Origin: Xylographa opegraphella
Lineage: Eukaryota
NCBI GenBank assembly: GCA_022813865.1
Contig: JALDZX010000015.1
Span: forward strand, 310,001-374,000
Length of the DNA: 64,000 nucleotides
Reading direction: 5' to 3'
The position numbers were made by a program, and so were the translations under genes. The first letter of the stretch is position 1, and each line of letters starts with the position of its first letter. This document shows positions 61,771 through 64,000 of this stretch, piece by piece. The notes below the pieces were generated by a model. It was not told the origin of the DNA. It ran no database searches and worked only from the letters and a program-made list of their open reading frames with translations.

Positions 61771-63188
61771 TGCTACGGACCATGAGTAGATATAAAAGAT
61801 GTAACGAGTAAACATGTGGAAATGTTGACACAGGAGGCTATGTCAATTGGTCCGAAGTCCCGGATTATTGGTAAGGAAGCTGGTGGAAGATTTTGCCTTA
61901 CCTAGTCCTTGTTAACAGGCAAAGGCACTAGGTACCTACCTTAGGTTGTTAGTGCGCTACGCAGAGCTAAGGTAAGGTACCAATGACTCGTCCATCAGTG
62001 CTAACCAATAGGGGCATCTGGCCAAAAACTGCTATGTCAAAGCTCTGTGAAATCTGTAAGATCTTGGCAGTGAACTATTGCCTAATCGGGTGTACCGAGC
62101 CGCGTTCTGTTTCATCAACACTCGCGCTCTGTCCGCTAAGAGGTCTAAACGGCCAATCACACGCTGCCAAGACTCAACCGCTTTTGGCTAGACGCCCCTA
62201 GCGGATCTCAACGAACTTTTGCCGCCTCAGAAGGCAGCCTTGCGCCGCTCCGTCAAGGCATTTTACGTGGTATGTTGCTTGCAGCGCTTGGTCGAAAAGG
62301 GTATGAATACCTGGCAGTCCACCCACGGTGGTACTCGCCGCTGTCAAGCCCCCGTATGCCTCCAACTCATCAGGTCTCAATTTGAAAAAAAAAGAAAAAG
62401 TGCTTGTTGGAGGTCCGGGTCACAGTTTTGTTTTTCAAGTTTGCCGCTTGTGTCTCGGTGAATTGACGTCGGTTCCAAGGGGGGTGGTTCTATTATTAGG
62501 TAGTTGAAGCGAAGCGAAGCCGGGGTTTTCCTTTTTTCTATAGTATTCGATTTGGCTAGGCCCCCAAGCGGACGGGCGACAAGATCTGTTGAGCGAGTCT
62601 TCCCAACAAATTCCATCTGCCGTGACTCACGGACGTTCAGCTTCGACGAACAATTTATCGCCGACAAAACAAGGCGTCATCTCTATCTTCTTGGCCCAAG
62701 TTTCCACTAGAGTGGAATCGAAGCCGACGTACGCTATCCTGTTTTCACCCTCCCGTCCGTAGTGGTTTGAAACATAGTAGCCTGGAGGTCCAGCGGGAGT
62801 GGGCAGGAGGTTGGGATGGAACAAGCAAGAACCCATGTGAGGGAAGGAAGTGCGGGTCGAGGAGATTGTATTGCGGAATTATTTAGAGATTACAGTTCTC
62901 CCGCATTCCGAATAGCAAACCTCGTCAAATCTATGTACATGTACAGTCTATGCAGCGCCTTGACCCTCCTGAATAACCAGCCAAGCGTCTCGGATTTCCC
63001 TCATGCCCGACCAGACATAGGCAGGCCCATCGCGAGTGGAATGGAGCAACACCACGATTCCCTACAAACCAGCCGTAGGGAAATCGAGATGCCGTCCCGC
63101 CAGCCATGCCATCAGACCATCGGTCCAACGCCGTAAATGCAACCGTTAGCATACAACAAACAACCACAAAACCTACCTGACCGCCTCT

Positions 63189-64000
63189 TCAGATCGTTAT
63201 TTCGTTAAAGCCATTGACCAGCTTTTCATCGATTCCCGTTCCGTTTGTCGAACTCATAGATTTGGACCTTCCCATTTTAGCGGTAATCTCCTCTAGACAT
63301 CCTGCGCTTGCCGCTACAAAACCGAGGTATGGTTTGCTGGGTTCAAGCACACGACTGAGGTATTCAGGGTGAAATTGAACACCGACGAACCATGGATGGT
63401 CTTTGAGTTCCAAGATCTCCATCCGCTCGCCCTTGTCGTCCTTGCCAATGAAGGACAGGTTGCTTGTGGAAAGGCGGTCGATGTACTCAGGGTTTACCTC
63501 ATAGCGATGTCGATGGCGCTCTAAGATGACAGCAGCATCAGGACAAGCGGTGGGAGAGAGAGGCGTATCAGAGTCGCTGAAGATCTTGTGCACCACTCCG
63601 GTAGCAGTCGGCCCACCTAGATGAGGTCGACCGTATAGAGCCCTCAATTTGCTCCACTCACTGCCAATCTGGAAATGAGTTGGCCGTAGACCTAGTCGCA
63701 TGGTCCCACCAAGTTTTCCTCGGTCGATTTCGGGCATGAAAATGATCACGGGATCTTTGGTCCGGTCGTCGAGTTCGATCGATGCAGCGTTGGGGATGCC
63801 GCATACATTTCGAGCAAATTCTATCACTGCGATCTGCATCCCGAGGCAAATGCCCAGGTATGGAGTTTTGTTCTGCCTCGCCCAGCTCGCAGCAGCCACC
63901 ATGCCTTCCGTTCCACGAAGACCGAATCCTCCTGGCACCAAGATACCTTGTGCAGTACACACTTCATGCCAGGCTTTGTGGTATTCGGCTGGCGATGAAG
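63189..64000 (-). CDS. URA7: CTP synthase, C-terminal glutaminase domain (5' part outside window)
   Basis: ILVPGGFG, YLGICLGMQ, LGGTMRLG, ERHRHRYEVNP, FVGVQFHPE. Confidence 0.97.
   Translation of the reverse strand, partial: SSPAEYHKAWHEVCTAQGILVPGGFGLRGTEGMVAAASWARQNKTPYLGICLGMQIAVIEFARNVCGIPNAASIELDDRTKDPVIIFMPEIDRGKLGGTMRLGLRPTHFQIGSEWSKLRALYGRPHLGGPTATGVVHKIFSDSDTPLSPTACPDAAVILERHRHRYEVNPEYIDRLSTSNLSFIGKDDKGERMEILELKDHPWFVGVQFHPEYLSRVLEPSKPYLGFVAASAGCLEEITAKMGRSKSMSSTNGTGIDEKLVNGFNEITI

Overview
Eukaryotic DNA from a filamentous ascomycete (Pezizomycotina), judged by short GT-AG introns and about 25 genes in 64 kb, with one 50-N assembly gap. Most of the window is housekeeping: PTC5, COX18, ALG11, palA/RIM20, POF1-like NMN adenylyltransferase, a TCP11/SOK1-like protein, a MARVEL protein, cyclophilin, neurochondrin-like protein, mitochondrial L12, CTK3, PRO3, a CDC25-like Ras GEF, lipoyltransferase, ARO2, MLH3 and CTP synthase. 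The stand-out is an accessory-looking block at about 23.8-31.7 kb. Splicing the fragmented ORFs by hand gives one secreted protein of about 1,250 aa: signal peptide, NucA/NucB-like nuclease domain, KR-bounded linker, two hevein/CBM18 modules, a subgroup-C (killer-toxin-like) GH18 chitinase, a Pro/Thr stalk and a Cys-rich C-terminal domain. It is transcribed head-to-head with a secreted LysM + 3xCBM18 protein and sits next to an intronless F-box gene. My inference is a chromosomal, zymocin-like chitinase-delivered nuclease toxin module with possible protection genes. All calls come from motif recognition by eye; no searches were run and exon boundaries are manual.
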